NCBI GenBank assembly: GCA_965230295.1
Contig: OZ246001.1
Span: forward strand, 1,152,001 to 1,216,000
Length of the DNA: 64,000 nucleotides
From: Marinicella sp.
GTDB lineage: Bacteria; Pseudomonadota; Gammaproteobacteria; Xanthomonadales; Marinicellaceae
Direction of reading: 5' to 3'
Made by a program: the position numbers and the translations under genes. Shown here one piece after another: positions 31,380-40,990 of this stretch (its first letter is position 1; each line of letters begins with the position of its first letter). The notes below the pieces were generated by a model. That model was not told where the DNA came from and searched no databases. It saw only the letters and a program-made list of their open reading frames with translations.

Positions 31380-32275
31380 CAGGCTGCCTTTACTTTTTTG
31401 AAATTAACTTTTTGCGCTCGTACTTTTTGGTGGAACTGTTGTTGCAACAGGGCACCGAAGGTGTCTTCCCAAGGCAAGCTGAATGATTGTTTGTTGACCG
31501 AACCAATGGCTTGCACTTCAACGGCTGTACCTGTCAGGAAGGCCCCTTCTGCACCGAAAATGGCATCCGGTTTGAACAGTTTTTCCTGGACTTCGATGCC
31601 ATTGGCTGCAGCCAATTCCATCACGATTGAGCGGGTGATGCCTGGCAAAATGTTGCCTTTGGGCGGCGTGAATAACACACCATCCTTTTGCAGAAAGAAA
31701 TTGGCACCACTGGCTTCAGCCACAAATCCGTGCTGATCCAACAACAAACCATCGTCATATCCATGCAACTGGGCATCTTTCATGGCCAAGATTGAATTCA
31801 CATAATGTCCAGAAACCTTGGCATCCACATGACAGGATCTGGGATCTGGTCGACAATATGGCGAAACCTTCATGTTTAATTGACCGGCGGCAAAGTACTG
31901 ACTCCAGTCCCAAGCACACAAGAACACATTCGACCGGCTTTCAGCCTGTAAACCCAGTTTCTCATCGGTGTAAATCAGTGGCCTGATGTAGGCATCTTGC
32001 AAACCATTTTTCTCCAACAACTGGTAACTCAATTCGATCAACTCATCGACACTCAAGCCCACATCGATGTGCATGGTGCGGGCTGAATACAGCAAGCGCT
32101 CATAGTGTTCATGGGCCCGCAGAATTTTGGTACCCTGGTCAGTGGCGTAAGCACGAATGCCTTCGAACACGCCATTGCCATAATGAAATGATTGTTGGTA
32201 TAAGCCAGTTCTGGTGTCCTTGGCCAATTGCCATTGCCCATTCAAGTAAATGATTGTGTTGTTATCGTAGTACAT
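31379..32275 (-). CDS. ilvE: Branched-chain amino acid aminotransferase
   Basis: [40 protein letters not shown]; ATG 32275 likely. Confidence 0.95.
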   Translation of the reverse strand: MYYDNNTIIYLNGQWQLAKDTRTGLYQQSFHYGNGVFEGIRAYATDQGTKILRAHEHYERLLYSARTMHIDVGLSVDELIELSYQLLEKNGLQDAYIRPLIYTDEKLGLQAESRSNVFLCAWDWSQYFAAGQLNMKVSPYCRPDPRSCHVDAKVSGHYVNSILAMKDAQLHGYDDGLLLDQHGFVAEASGANFFLQKDGVLFTPPKGNILPGITRSIVMELAAANGIEVQEKLFKPDAIFGAEGAFLTGTAVEVQAIGSVNKQSFSLPWEDTFGALLQQQFHQKVRAQKVNFKKVKAA

Positions 32276-32325
32276 GGTTTCGCTCTTTTTCAATTGTCGT
32301 TTTTTTGCTTAATAAAAATTAAAGT

Positions 32326-32361
32326 AAAAAAAAAGCCCTTCTTGGTGAGAAGGGCTTTTTT
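32326..32361 (-). terminator. Attenuator terminator of the ilv operon leader
   Basis: AAAAAAGCCCTTC-TCACCAA-GAAGGGC followed by T9 on the minus strand, 24 nt after the leader peptide stop. Confidence 0.9.
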
Positions 32362-32385
32362 GGGGTTACCAATTGTTTGCCGAAC

Positions 32386-32463
32386 TCACCACACACGTGG
32401 GCCGATAATCACGAGAATGACTACGACGACGTTGATGAGGTTGATGTTGGCAATTAAATTCAT
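32386..32463 (-). CDS. ilvL: ilv operon leader peptide (25 aa)
   Basis: MNLIANINLINVVVVILVIIGPRVW*, Ile/Val/Leu run, followed by a terminator before ilvE. Confidence 0.88.
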   Translation of the reverse strand: MNLIANINLINVVVVILVIIGPRVW

Positions 32464-32700
32464 GTTTGGATTTTTCAGTTTTATGTTTTTAAAATTGGTA
32501 AAAGTTTGTTCGTTTCGGCGTATGTTGGTACAAGAAAAATTGAATGTCAACGATTAATTTAAGAAATTTTCTTATGCATTTTTGATCTATAAAAAAAGCT
32601 TTTCATTTTTCACAACTCTGTGTTAGCTTAGAAAAAGGCGTTGGTTTTTATGCACAGCCAACAATATTTTTATGCTTAATTTAACACCCAGGAGCTTGCC

Positions 32701-32823
32701 ATGAAACGGCCAGATAACAGCACCAAGTACCATCGAACTTCTGTTCGCACATTCCCTGTCACCACCCAATCAAGTACCGCCCTCATTGCCCTCCTCAGCC
32801 TCCTCATTCTGATTAGAATCTAA
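32701..32823 (+). CDS. leu operon leader peptide (40 aa)
   Basis: RBS AGGAG, then MKRPDNSTKYHRTSVRTFPVTTQSSTALIALLSLLILIRI*; five CTC plus one CTG Leu codons at the 3' end; upstream of leuA. Confidence 0.78.
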   Translation: MKRPDNSTKYHRTSVRTFPVTTQSSTALIALLSLLILIRI

Positions 32824-32978
32824 TTTCGAATCAATCACTTAGGCCCGTTCTGATCATCAGAACAAATACCAAAAAATAATTTATTAAACTGACGTGAAGC
32901 ATTCGAAGTTTACACTTTGGATACAGCCTTTTTGTATCTGCGTTTTGTGTCACTGCAGTCAACCAAGAGTAAAGAATA

Positions 32979-34595
32979 ATGAAACAAGTTAAAATTTTTG
33001 ATACCACATTGAGAGATGGGCAGCAATGCCCAGGCGCTGGTATGAGTTACACCAAAAACATTGAATACGCCCAATTAGCCAGCCGCATCAATGTCGATAT
33101 TTTAGAAGCAGGGTTTCCCAGCGCCAGTGCTGAAGACTTTAAAATTGTCAATCAGATTGCCAAGATGTATGCCCAACAAGCACACAGTCCAAAAGTGGCG
33201 GCTTTGAGCCAATTGAGAGAAGACCAGGTCAAACAAACCATCAAAGCATTGGACCCGCTGATTCCATCAGGACGCGCCATCTTGCATGTCTATTTGCCCG
33301 TGGCCCCGGCCTTGATGCAAGCCTCCTTAGGCAGCTATGCACAAGACCAGCAACAAATTTTAAAAGATGTACAGCGCATGGTTCAAATGGGCATTAAAGC
33401 CGGCCTGGAAGTTGAATTCAGCCCTGAAGCCTACTCACAAATGGCAGAAAACTTTGATTTCACCACCGAGTTGATCAGTGCTGCCATAGCCGCAGGTGCT
33501 TCGACCATCAATTGCCCTGACACCATCGGTCGGGCCTGTTATTTACAGGGTGATGATTACTTTGTGAATCACATGAACCAGCATGCTGAAATCATGAAAG
33601 CCCGATTCCCCAGCCGAGAAATCACTTGGTCGGTGCATTGTCACAATGACTTTGGCTTGGCTTTGGACAACAGCATGCGGGCCGTGTTTGAAGGCCCGGC
33701 CACACAAGTAGAAGGCTGTTTCAACGGCATTGGTGAACGGGCTGGTAATGCGGCTTTGGAACAATGCATCATGTACATTAAAACCTTCGGCGAAAGCCGT
33801 TCTGGCGAAAGCTACCGCACCCAGTGTCGCAGTCAACAAATCAGAAAAATTTCTGATTTCGTTGGCCAACACATGTTGTCCAGACAAGCCCATTGGCCCA
33901 TCAGTGGCGACAACGCCGCCAAACATTCTTCCGGCGGGCACACCAATGCCATTTTGAAAAATGCACACATCTATCAGCCCTTTAAACCCAGTGAAGTGGG
34001 ACAAAGTCTGTCATTTGTGTTTGGGCCATTAAGCGGCAGCAACCATGCCCAGTCGATCATTCGCAAGCATGGATACGTGTGCGAAGATCGAGAACGACAG
34101 AAAATCATGCAGCACATCAAAGACTTCCATCGCAACCGCCGCAAAGGGTTGACTGATGCCGAATTCATGATGGCTTATTTTGATTATCGAGCACCCATCA
34201 AAGTTGAAAACATCAGCTTTGAAAGTCGTGAGGATGGCAAACATTTTTCCATGCAGGCCCAAGTTTATGAGGAACCTGAAACCATTGACTTTGTGTGTAA
34301 GGACAGTGACACAGCCACCACCGCTTTACACCGGTTTTTAACAGAACGATTTGCGCCGTTCAAGATACAATCGTATCGCAGTGAATCCAAAGAACCTGGC
34401 CGTCATGCTGAAGCCCACGCCACCATCAGCATTGAAGTCGGCGGTGAATATTACCAGGGTAAAGCCCATGATCACGACATCGAATCGGCGGCATTGAAAG
34501 CGTTGGTGGATGCTTACAATCAATCCTTGATTGAACAACACCATGCCAGCGAACAGGAAGAAGAGGCTTATGTGGCTGTCGGTATGAGGGATTGA
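32979..34595 (+). CDS. leuA: 2-isopropylmalate synthase
   Basis: IFDTTLRDGQQ.PG, EFSPE, HCHNDFGLA, NGIGERAGN, regulatory domain. Confidence 0.95.
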   Translation: MKQVKIFDTTLRDGQQCPGAGMSYTKNIEYAQLASRINVDILEAGFPSASAEDFKIVNQIAKMYAQQAHSPKVAALSQLREDQVKQTIKALDPLIPSGRAILHVYLPVAPALMQASLGSYAQDQQQILKDVQRMVQMGIKAGLEVEFSPEAYSQMAENFDFTTELISAAIAAGASTINCPDTIGRACYLQGDDYFVNHMNQHAEIMKARFPSREITWSVHCHNDFGLALDNSMRAVFEGPATQVEGCFNGIGERAGNAALEQCIMYIKTFGESRSGESYRTQCRSQQIRKISDFVGQHMLSRQAHWPISGDNAAKHSSGGHTNAILKNAHIYQPFKPSEVGQSLSFVFGPLSGSNHAQSIIRKHGYVCEDRERQKIMQHIKDFHRNRRKGLTDAEFMMAYFDYRAPIKVENISFESREDGKHFSMQAQVYEEPETIDFVCKDSDTATTALHRFLTERFAPFKIQSYRSESKEPGRHAEAHATISIEVGGEYYQGKAHDHDIESAALKALVDAYNQSLIEQHHASEQEEEAYVAVGMRD

Positions 34596-34596
34596 C

Positions 34597-36006
34597 ATGA
34601 AACCCAAGATGAAAAACAATTTGGTAGAAAAAATTTGGCACCAGCATGTGGTGCATCAACAACCAGGTTTTCCTGATGTGCTGGCCATCGACTTTGCCCT
34701 GCTGCATGAAGTGACTTCTGCTCAAGCATTTGCAATGATTGAACAACAAGGGTTGTCAGTACACAACCCCAAACAATTCTTAGCCACCATTGATCACAGC
34801 ATACCTACGCGCCACAACCGCCATGAAGTGTTTGATGAAACCGCCAAAGAACAAATGCAACTGTTGCGTGATAACTGTCGGAAACACCTCATTCCCATTT
34901 GTGATTTAGACAGTCAACACCAAGGCATTGTGCATGTCATTGGACCTGAATTGGGCATCACCCAACCTGGCATGACTCTGGTTTGTGGCGATTCACATAC
35001 CGCCACTCACGGTGCCTTTGGGGCACTGGCCTTTGGTATTGGCACCTCCACTTTGGCACATGTTTTTGCCGCCGGTGCCGTTTTGATGAAAAAACCCAAA
35101 GTGATGCAAGTTCATTTCAATGGACAGCGACCTGCAGGTACCTATGCCAAAGACATGATCATGTATTTAATTGCAAAAATTGGCATTGGTGGTGCCACAG
35201 GTCATGTGATTGAATACACCGGCGAAGCCATAAAAGCACTGTCCATGGAACAACGCATGACTTTGTGTAACATGAGTATTGAATGCGGCGCCATAGCAGG
35301 TTTGATTGAGCCTGATGAAACCACCTTCGAGTACATCAAAGGCCGACCTTATGCACCCAAAGGTGCTGCCTGGTCTGAGGCAGTTGCTCACTGGCAAAGC
35401 CTGAAGAGCGATGTTGAATGCACTTATGATCAAGTCATTGAAATAGACATCAGCCATTTGAAACCGATGGTCAGCTGGGGTACCAATCCAGAACAAAGCA
35501 TTCACATCGATCAGCAAACCCCTAAAACTGATGCCAATAATCAAGATGCTTTTTCATACGTCAAACTCCAGGGTCAACAGCCCTTATTGGGCACACCCGT
35601 CGATTGGGCATTTGTAGGTTCCTGCACCAATGGTCGCATTGAAGACTTGCGAGTGGTTGCCGACATCCTGACAGGCCACCAAGTCGCTGAACATGTGACC
35701 ATGTATGTGGTACCAGGCTCTGAACAAGTGATGCAACAAGCCATCAAAGAAGGCTTGGATCAGGTATTTAATGACGCCGGCGCAGAATTTCGCATGCCTG
35801 GCTGTTCCATGTGTTTGGGCATGAATGATGACAAAGTACCAGCCGGTGCACGCTGTATCAGTTCCACCAATCGCAATTTTATCGGCCGTCAGGGTACTGG
35901 CAGCATCACCCATTTGGCATCACCTGCCACAGTGGCCTACAGTGCCATAGCCGGTTTCATCACCAGTGAATACCACCAACCCGTTAAACAACAGGAGGCC
36001 TCATGA
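34597..36006 (+). CDS. leuC: 3-isopropylmalate dehydratase large subunit
   Basis: HEVTS, CGDSHT.THGAFG, GSCTNGR, PGCSMC, NRNF.GRQG. Confidence 0.97.
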   Translation: MKPKMKNNLVEKIWHQHVVHQQPGFPDVLAIDFALLHEVTSAQAFAMIEQQGLSVHNPKQFLATIDHSIPTRHNRHEVFDETAKEQMQLLRDNCRKHLIPICDLDSQHQGIVHVIGPELGITQPGMTLVCGDSHTATHGAFGALAFGIGTSTLAHVFAAGAVLMKKPKVMQVHFNGQRPAGTYAKDMIMYLIAKIGIGGATGHVIEYTGEAIKALSMEQRMTLCNMSIECGAIAGLIEPDETTFEYIKGRPYAPKGAAWSEAVAHWQSLKSDVECTYDQVIEIDISHLKPMVSWGTNPEQSIHIDQQTPKTDANNQDAFSYVKLQGQQPLLGTPVDWAFVGSCTNGRIEDLRVVADILTGHQVAEHVTMYVVPGSEQVMQQAIKEGLDQVFNDAGAEFRMPGCSMCLGMNDDKVPAGARCISSTNRNFIGRQGTGSITHLASPATVAYSAIAGFITSEYHQPVKQQEAS

Positions 36007-36638
36007 GCCATCAGCAAAATCAAGGCATCAAAACCATTCAAGGATTGTGTGCACCGATGATGATCAACGACATCGATACCGACATCATCATTCCGGCACA
36101 GCATTTAACCCAAACTTCTAAAAGTGGCTATGGTCAGCATGCTTTCGCTCGATTGAAACAAGCCGATCCCGACTTTGTCCTCAATCAAGACAAGTATCAA
36201 CAGGCCAAAGTGCTGGTCACTGGTGATAATTTTGGTTGTGGGTCTTCCCGTGAACATGCGGTATGGGCCATACAAGAACTGGGATTTGCGGCCATCATTG
36301 CACCTTCATTTGCAGATATATTCAGTAACAATGCCCGCAAAAACGGCCTGGTGTTGATCACTCAGAACATGGATCGATGCCTTGAATTGGCTGCGGCCTG
36401 TCAATCCACTGACCTACATGTTTCCATTGATTTGGTAGATACCAAAGTCAGTGCAGAACAGTTGAGTTTCAACTTTGAGATGAATCCTTTTTTTCAACAT
36501 TGCATCACCCAGGGACACAGTGAGTTGGATTACCTGATGGGTCACAAGACAGCCATACATACACGCCACCAACAAGCCGTTAACAACAAGCTTTTCATTG
36601 ACTTGAATGGTTATGAACATCGGAGCATACCCTCATGA
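36003..36638 (+). CDS. leuD: 3-isopropylmalate dehydratase small subunit
   Basis: DIDTDIIIPA, NFGCGSSREHA, SFADIF. Confidence 0.97.
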   Translation: MSHQQNQGIKTIQGLCAPMMINDIDTDIIIPAQHLTQTSKSGYGQHAFARLKQADPDFVLNQDKYQQAKVLVTGDNFGCGSSREHAVWAIQELGFAAIIAPSFADIFSNNARKNGLVLITQNMDRCLELAAACQSTDLHVSIDLVDTKVSAEQLSFNFEMNPFFQHCITQGHSELDYLMGHKTAIHTRHQQAVNNKLFIDLNGYEHRSIPS

Positions 36639-37702
36639 GCAGTTACCACATAGCCGTACTGCCCGGGGATGGCATTGGTCCGGAGGTGATGGAACAAACA
36701 TTGCGGGTGTTACATCAAGTGGCTCCACAAATCAGCGTTGAAACTGGCCTGATCGGAGGTGCCGCATATCTGAAACATGAAAACCACTTTCCAGATGTAA
36801 CCAAGTCATTGATTGATCGCAGTGAGGCGGTGTTATTTGGCTCAGTCGGTGGGCCCATAGATCAGGCCGAGGAACCTCAATGGAAAAACTGCGAGGTGAA
36901 TTCAATCCTGGCACTGCGCAACCACTTGCAACTGTCTGCCAATTACCGGCCTGCCAAATTTTATCCGGCCCTCAGGGACATCTCTCCCCTGAAAAATGAG
37001 CGGCTCGAAAACTGTGATGAAATACTGATCATCCGGGAACTGTTGGGTGATATTTATTTTGGTGCAAAACGCACGTTCAGCCACAATGGCTTTCAAGTGG
37101 CTGAAGACACCGCCACTTACGGTGAGCCATTAATCACCAAACTGGCTCATCAGGCCTTTCAAACAGCAGGTAAACGCAAAGGACAACTGGTGTCGGTCGA
37201 TAAAGCCAATGTGTTGGACACCTCAAAACTGTGGCGCCATGTCTTTAATCAGGTAGCTACTGAATACCCTGAAGTGCGTTTGACTCACATGTTGGTGGAT
37301 AACTGTGCCATGCAACTGATCATCAAACCGGGACAGTTCGATTTGATTGCCACCAGCAACCTGTTCGGTGACATTTTGTCAGATGCCGCCAGCGCACTGC
37401 CTGGCTCTTTGGGCATGATGCCATCAGCCAGCTTCAATGACCAAGGGTTCGGGTTGTATGAGCCTTCAGGTGGTTCTGCACCTGAATTAACGGGTCAAGA
37501 TGTGGCCAATCCCATGGCCCAATTGCTGTCAGCAGCGATGATGCTCAGACATTCATTTGGCCTAATCCATGAAGCCACAGCAATCGAACGAGCCATTGAT
37601 GCCACATTAGCTGCCGGATTCAGAACCGCTGACATCATGCAAACGGGGTGCCAGCAAGTTGGAACCACAGCGTTCACTGATCAAGTTCTATTTATGTTGT
37701 AA
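36635..37702 (+). CDS. leuB: 3-isopropylmalate dehydrogenase
   Basis: LPGDGIGPEV, VDKANVL, NLFGDILSD, GGSAP. Confidence 0.97.
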   Translation: MSSYHIAVLPGDGIGPEVMEQTLRVLHQVAPQISVETGLIGGAAYLKHENHFPDVTKSLIDRSEAVLFGSVGGPIDQAEEPQWKNCEVNSILALRNHLQLSANYRPAKFYPALRDISPLKNERLENCDEILIIRELLGDIYFGAKRTFSHNGFQVAEDTATYGEPLITKLAHQAFQTAGKRKGQLVSVDKANVLDTSKLWRHVFNQVATEYPEVRLTHMLVDNCAMQLIIKPGQFDLIATSNLFGDILSDAASALPGSLGMMPSASFNDQGFGLYEPSGGSAPELTGQDVANPMAQLLSAAMMLRHSFGLIHEATAIERAIDATLAAGFRTADIMQTGCQQVGTTAFTDQVLFML

Positions 37703-37735
37703 ATGAGGATTGATTTTCAGCGATCAGATGCCTGT

Positions 37736-38161
37736 TCAGTGGCTAGGTTCAGGCATCTTGTTATATTTTCGTAAACGAAAGGTCAGTAAGATTAAAGTAG
37801 ATAAGATCAATGAAAGGTAACATTTTGGCCAACCATTTGAAGTTTTTGGGCACACATCGTGGCCGAACAGTGTAGCCAATGAGCCTGCCAGAGCCAGTAT
37901 GAAAATCGGTAACCACCCTGAATAAAACAACCCATTACTTCTGGTGATTACTGAAACCATCATCAACCCATAAGCCAGAGCTACCAGATAACATAATGGC
38001 AGCACCCAAAATTCAGGACATGCATTGCCTTCTTGTACATGCTGAAAAGTCAGTTGAATTGCGCTGATAAAGCCTAAACTTGATAACAACATCAACACAA
38101 TGTGATATCTTGTGAGTGGTTTTTTTCTGAATGATTCATGCATCTGTGGATTTATGCTCAC
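37736..38161 (-). CDS. 4-TM membrane protein with two Cys pairs
   Basis: Hydrophobic helices; ACPEFWVLPLCY and VCPKTSNGWPKCY loops. Confidence 0.65.
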   Translation of the reverse strand: MSINPQMHESFRKKPLTRYHIVLMLLSSLGFISAIQLTFQHVQEGNACPEFWVLPLCYLVALAYGLMMVSVITRSNGLFYSGWLPIFILALAGSLATLFGHDVCPKTSNGWPKCYLSLILSTLILLTFRLRKYNKMPEPSH

Positions 38162-38429
38162 TGCCTTCTGGACGTGTTTTCTTCAGGGCATCACCCATTA
38201 TTTGAACGCGTTTTCCTACTTTGCTTTCAATCCAAAAAACAACTCGATTGAACCAACTCAGCCTACTTCTCATGTACTGAATACAAAATTGAGCCTTTGG
38301 ACTGGTACAGATTAAAGTGGTTAAACCACCAGCAATCATCACCGTCCCACCAGGAACTGGCGTCAACAAAGAAACCACGCCCAATAGCAGCATCAAGGAA
38401 GCCAAAATAGATAGCAGTAAATTCAACAC
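38136..38429 (-). CDS. Small membrane protein
   Basis: Two hydrophobic segments around TPVPGG; within an operon. Confidence 0.6.
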   Translation of the reverse strand: MLNLLLSILASLMLLLGVVSLLTPVPGGTVMIAGGLTTLICTSPKAQFCIQYMRSRLSWFNRVVFWIESKVGKRVQIMGDALKKTRPEGSEHKSTDA

Positions 38430-38452
38430 AACTGATACCGGTACAATTTAAA

Positions 38453-40147
38453 TCAGCCAGATACTGCTTGATCGTCTTTGAATACCGACTCATTTTCAGG
38501 TTCATCGGTTGACTTCAACTCTTCGATCACCGGAGTTTGGAATACCAATGTTTCATTCTGGAAAGGGCCATTCATTGAATCACTCATACCATTGATGTAT
38601 TGCACCGTAACTTCAGCCGCCTGAGACTGACCCAAACCAAATATCAAGGTGTGAGATTGGTCTGAACATAAGCCTTCACCCGATAAAAATGTCTGGTTCA
38701 CAGTGGTACCATCTGTTCTCTGCACCGAAACATTCGCTGCGATTGAACCAATGTTGTTTGGCAATTTCACTTTTAAGTAATTGGCATCACCTCCTCTGGA
38801 AATGAATGCTTTTGATTTGCCTGCCAGATTGATGTGGACCAAATCCGGGTAACCATCTTGATTAAAATCTGCAGTCACTGGTGCGATGCTGTATTGTTTA
38901 TTCTCAATACCAGCTTCTGCGCCAACAGCGGCAAACTCACCACCAGCAGTTTGTACCAAAAAGCGACCTGGTAAGCGTAAAAAAGGTATTTTATGAGGTG
39001 GCAGACCAATGTAGTTTTCAGAAACCACCAGATCATCACGACCATCCAGGTTAAAATCCTCAAACACTGCGCCCCAGGAGAATTCATAATCAGCCAACTT
39101 GTATTTATCTGCTACATCTTCAAAATCAAAACCTCCTTTGTTTTCAAACAGAATCCAATCAAAATTAGGCGTTTGGTCATCTCGTAAATCACCTTTGACC
39201 ATGAATCGAGGTGGTGTAGAACCCACATTTGAAAAGAACATGTCCAAATCACCATCATTGCCAAGATCACTGACTGCTATCCCCATCGGATAGGAGTAGA
39301 CTTGAGAGTTTGGATTGGGCATGTCTTTGAATTGATTGTTACCTAAATTTTTCCAGGTTTTTACATGGCCCGTGTCATGCGCTACAGTTAAATCTTCCAA
39401 CCCATCATTGTCCAAATCAGCAAAAACACCCATAAAAGTGTTGTGGACATAATAAAGCCCTGATGACCGAGTAATGTCAGTAAAGGTATTGTCACCATTG
39501 TTCAGCAGCATCAAACTGGTCCCACCATAACCTTCTTTGTTGAAGATGTTTTGACCCTCGACCAATTCCTTTTTGATGTAACCAGCCACATACATATCAA
39601 AGTGCCCATCTCGATTGATGTCAGCAATGGCCACGGACATAGGGCTGGTTTTGTCATTCAAAGGAATGTCTAATTGGGTCGATGAAAATTGCCCGCTACT
39701 GTTTTTATACAGCCATATTCCATTGGTTCTTGAAACGATCAAATCCGCATAGCCATTGTTATCCACATCAATGACTGAGGCCGCGAACGTCGCATCATTC
39801 AAAGGCGGTTTGATATACTTTGCTGATTTTGTGATGTTAACGAATTCGCCACCCCTATAAGCCATAATGGCATCATTTTGTCCAGGTCCACCCCCAATAA
39901 ACAGCTCTTCCACACCGTCATTATCGACATCTATCACCGCTCCTGCGGTGAATGGCAAAGAGGTACTGTCATCCAATGTGTTTTCAAAATCTATGATCTC
40001 TTCATTGAATGTTGGGATCTCGGTGCCTCCCAAAGCCACATCATAGTCTATACCTCTGTCATTAATCATTTTTACAGAAACCATCACCACCATCAAAATG
40101 ATCAAGATTGGAATCGCTTTCAACATAAACTTTAAAATCTTTTTCAT
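38453..40147 (-). CDS. CRTAC1 family protein (FG-GAP/VCBS repeats + ASPIC/UnbV domain)
   Basis: Repeated D.DNDG..DL motifs; C-terminal GEG..SDQ...LIFGLG. Confidence 0.88.
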   Translation of the reverse strand: MKKILKFMLKAIPILIILMVVMVSVKMINDRGIDYDVALGGTEIPTFNEEIIDFENTLDDSTSLPFTAGAVIDVDNDGVEELFIGGGPGQNDAIMAYRGGEFVNITKSAKYIKPPLNDATFAASVIDVDNNGYADLIVSRTNGIWLYKNSSGQFSSTQLDIPLNDKTSPMSVAIADINRDGHFDMYVAGYIKKELVEGQNIFNKEGYGGTSLMLLNNGDNTFTDITRSSGLYYVHNTFMGVFADLDNDGLEDLTVAHDTGHVKTWKNLGNNQFKDMPNPNSQVYSYPMGIAVSDLGNDGDLDMFFSNVGSTPPRFMVKGDLRDDQTPNFDWILFENKGGFDFEDVADKYKLADYEFSWGAVFEDFNLDGRDDLVVSENYIGLPPHKIPFLRLPGRFLVQTAGGEFAAVGAEAGIENKQYSIAPVTADFNQDGYPDLVHINLAGKSKAFISRGGDANYLKVKLPNNIGSIAANVSVQRTDGTTVNQTFLSGEGLCSDQSHTLIFGLGQSQAAEVTVQYINGMSDSMNGPFQNETLVFQTPVIEELKSTDEPENESVFKDDQAVSG

Positions 40148-40824
40148 TCAGTCCTCTCCTCTCTTACTTTGATTTGTTTTACATGCCACATTGACATAAC
40201 AAAAAACACTAAAAATGCCACATTTAAGGCTATGGGCATTAAGTACTTTCCTACAGAAGGGATCACTAGAAATATCAAAAAGCACAGAATGATCCACAAG
40301 ATAGGGTTAAACAAACCCGCCCATTTCCGGTAATATGATCGACCAGTTAATACCAAATGCAAAAAAGACAATGACAACAGCAGTGTGGTGATGCGAGTGA
40401 TGGTCAGTAAATTTTCATAACGCATTTCATACAATGGAATTAAAGTCTCGACATCTACGCCCGAAACCAATAAGTGGTAAATGCTGCCTATTTGAGCCCG
40501 TGATCCTATCCACACCCCTCCAATCACAAAACCATAGGCACCGACCAACAGAGTGATCAGAGCTATTCTATGATTGGCCGGTTTCAGCATTAAATAAATG
40601 TGCCAGCAGCCCAACAAATACAATGGCAAACCTAATACGGCCAAAAAGTGTCCTTGGCTTAACCGATCTTCTGACACGTCTATCATGAACGAATAACCCA
40701 GGTCAGGTGAATACCTGGCCAAGGCATCAAAGTGCAAAAGAAACTCGCCCATACCAACCAAAACTGCACCCATCAAGCCTGCCACTCCGGTCAGAATCAG
40801 AATCTGATGCTGGTCTTTTTTCAT
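40144..40824 (-). CDS. Polytopic membrane protein (DUF6796-like)
   Basis: About 6 TM helices; overlaps the CRTAC1 start; RBS AGAGGA. Confidence 0.65.
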   Translation of the reverse strand: MKKDQHQILILTGVAGLMGAVLVGMGEFLLHFDALARYSPDLGYSFMIDVSEDRLSQGHFLAVLGLPLYLLGCWHIYLMLKPANHRIALITLLVGAYGFVIGGVWIGSRAQIGSIYHLLVSGVDVETLIPLYEMRYENLLTITRITTLLLSLSFLHLVLTGRSYYRKWAGLFNPILWIILCFLIFLVIPSVGKYLMPIALNVAFLVFFVMSMWHVKQIKVREERTE

Positions 40825-40990
40825 GTCATTCAATCCTCTGCTTTTCTTTTGATCGTACACTTCAGTTTTTATTCTGGCTGAATAGTGTGGTTATAATGAT
40901 TTGGAATTTTATCGAAATGAAACGATACAAAAGACTCCAATTAACTTTAAGTCTTGTCCAGTCTGCTCATTTCAGAAACAAAGAGGAAAC

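Noticed and set aside
32228-32557. 109-aa plus-strand ORF over the ilv leader
   Set aside because: Antisense to the leader peptide and terminator; the composition simply mirrors them
38453-38500. CRTAC1 protein tail SVFKDDQAVSG as another C-terminal motif
   Set aside because: Lacks the invariant D.IF and the second Phe; the protein appears N-terminally membrane-anchored
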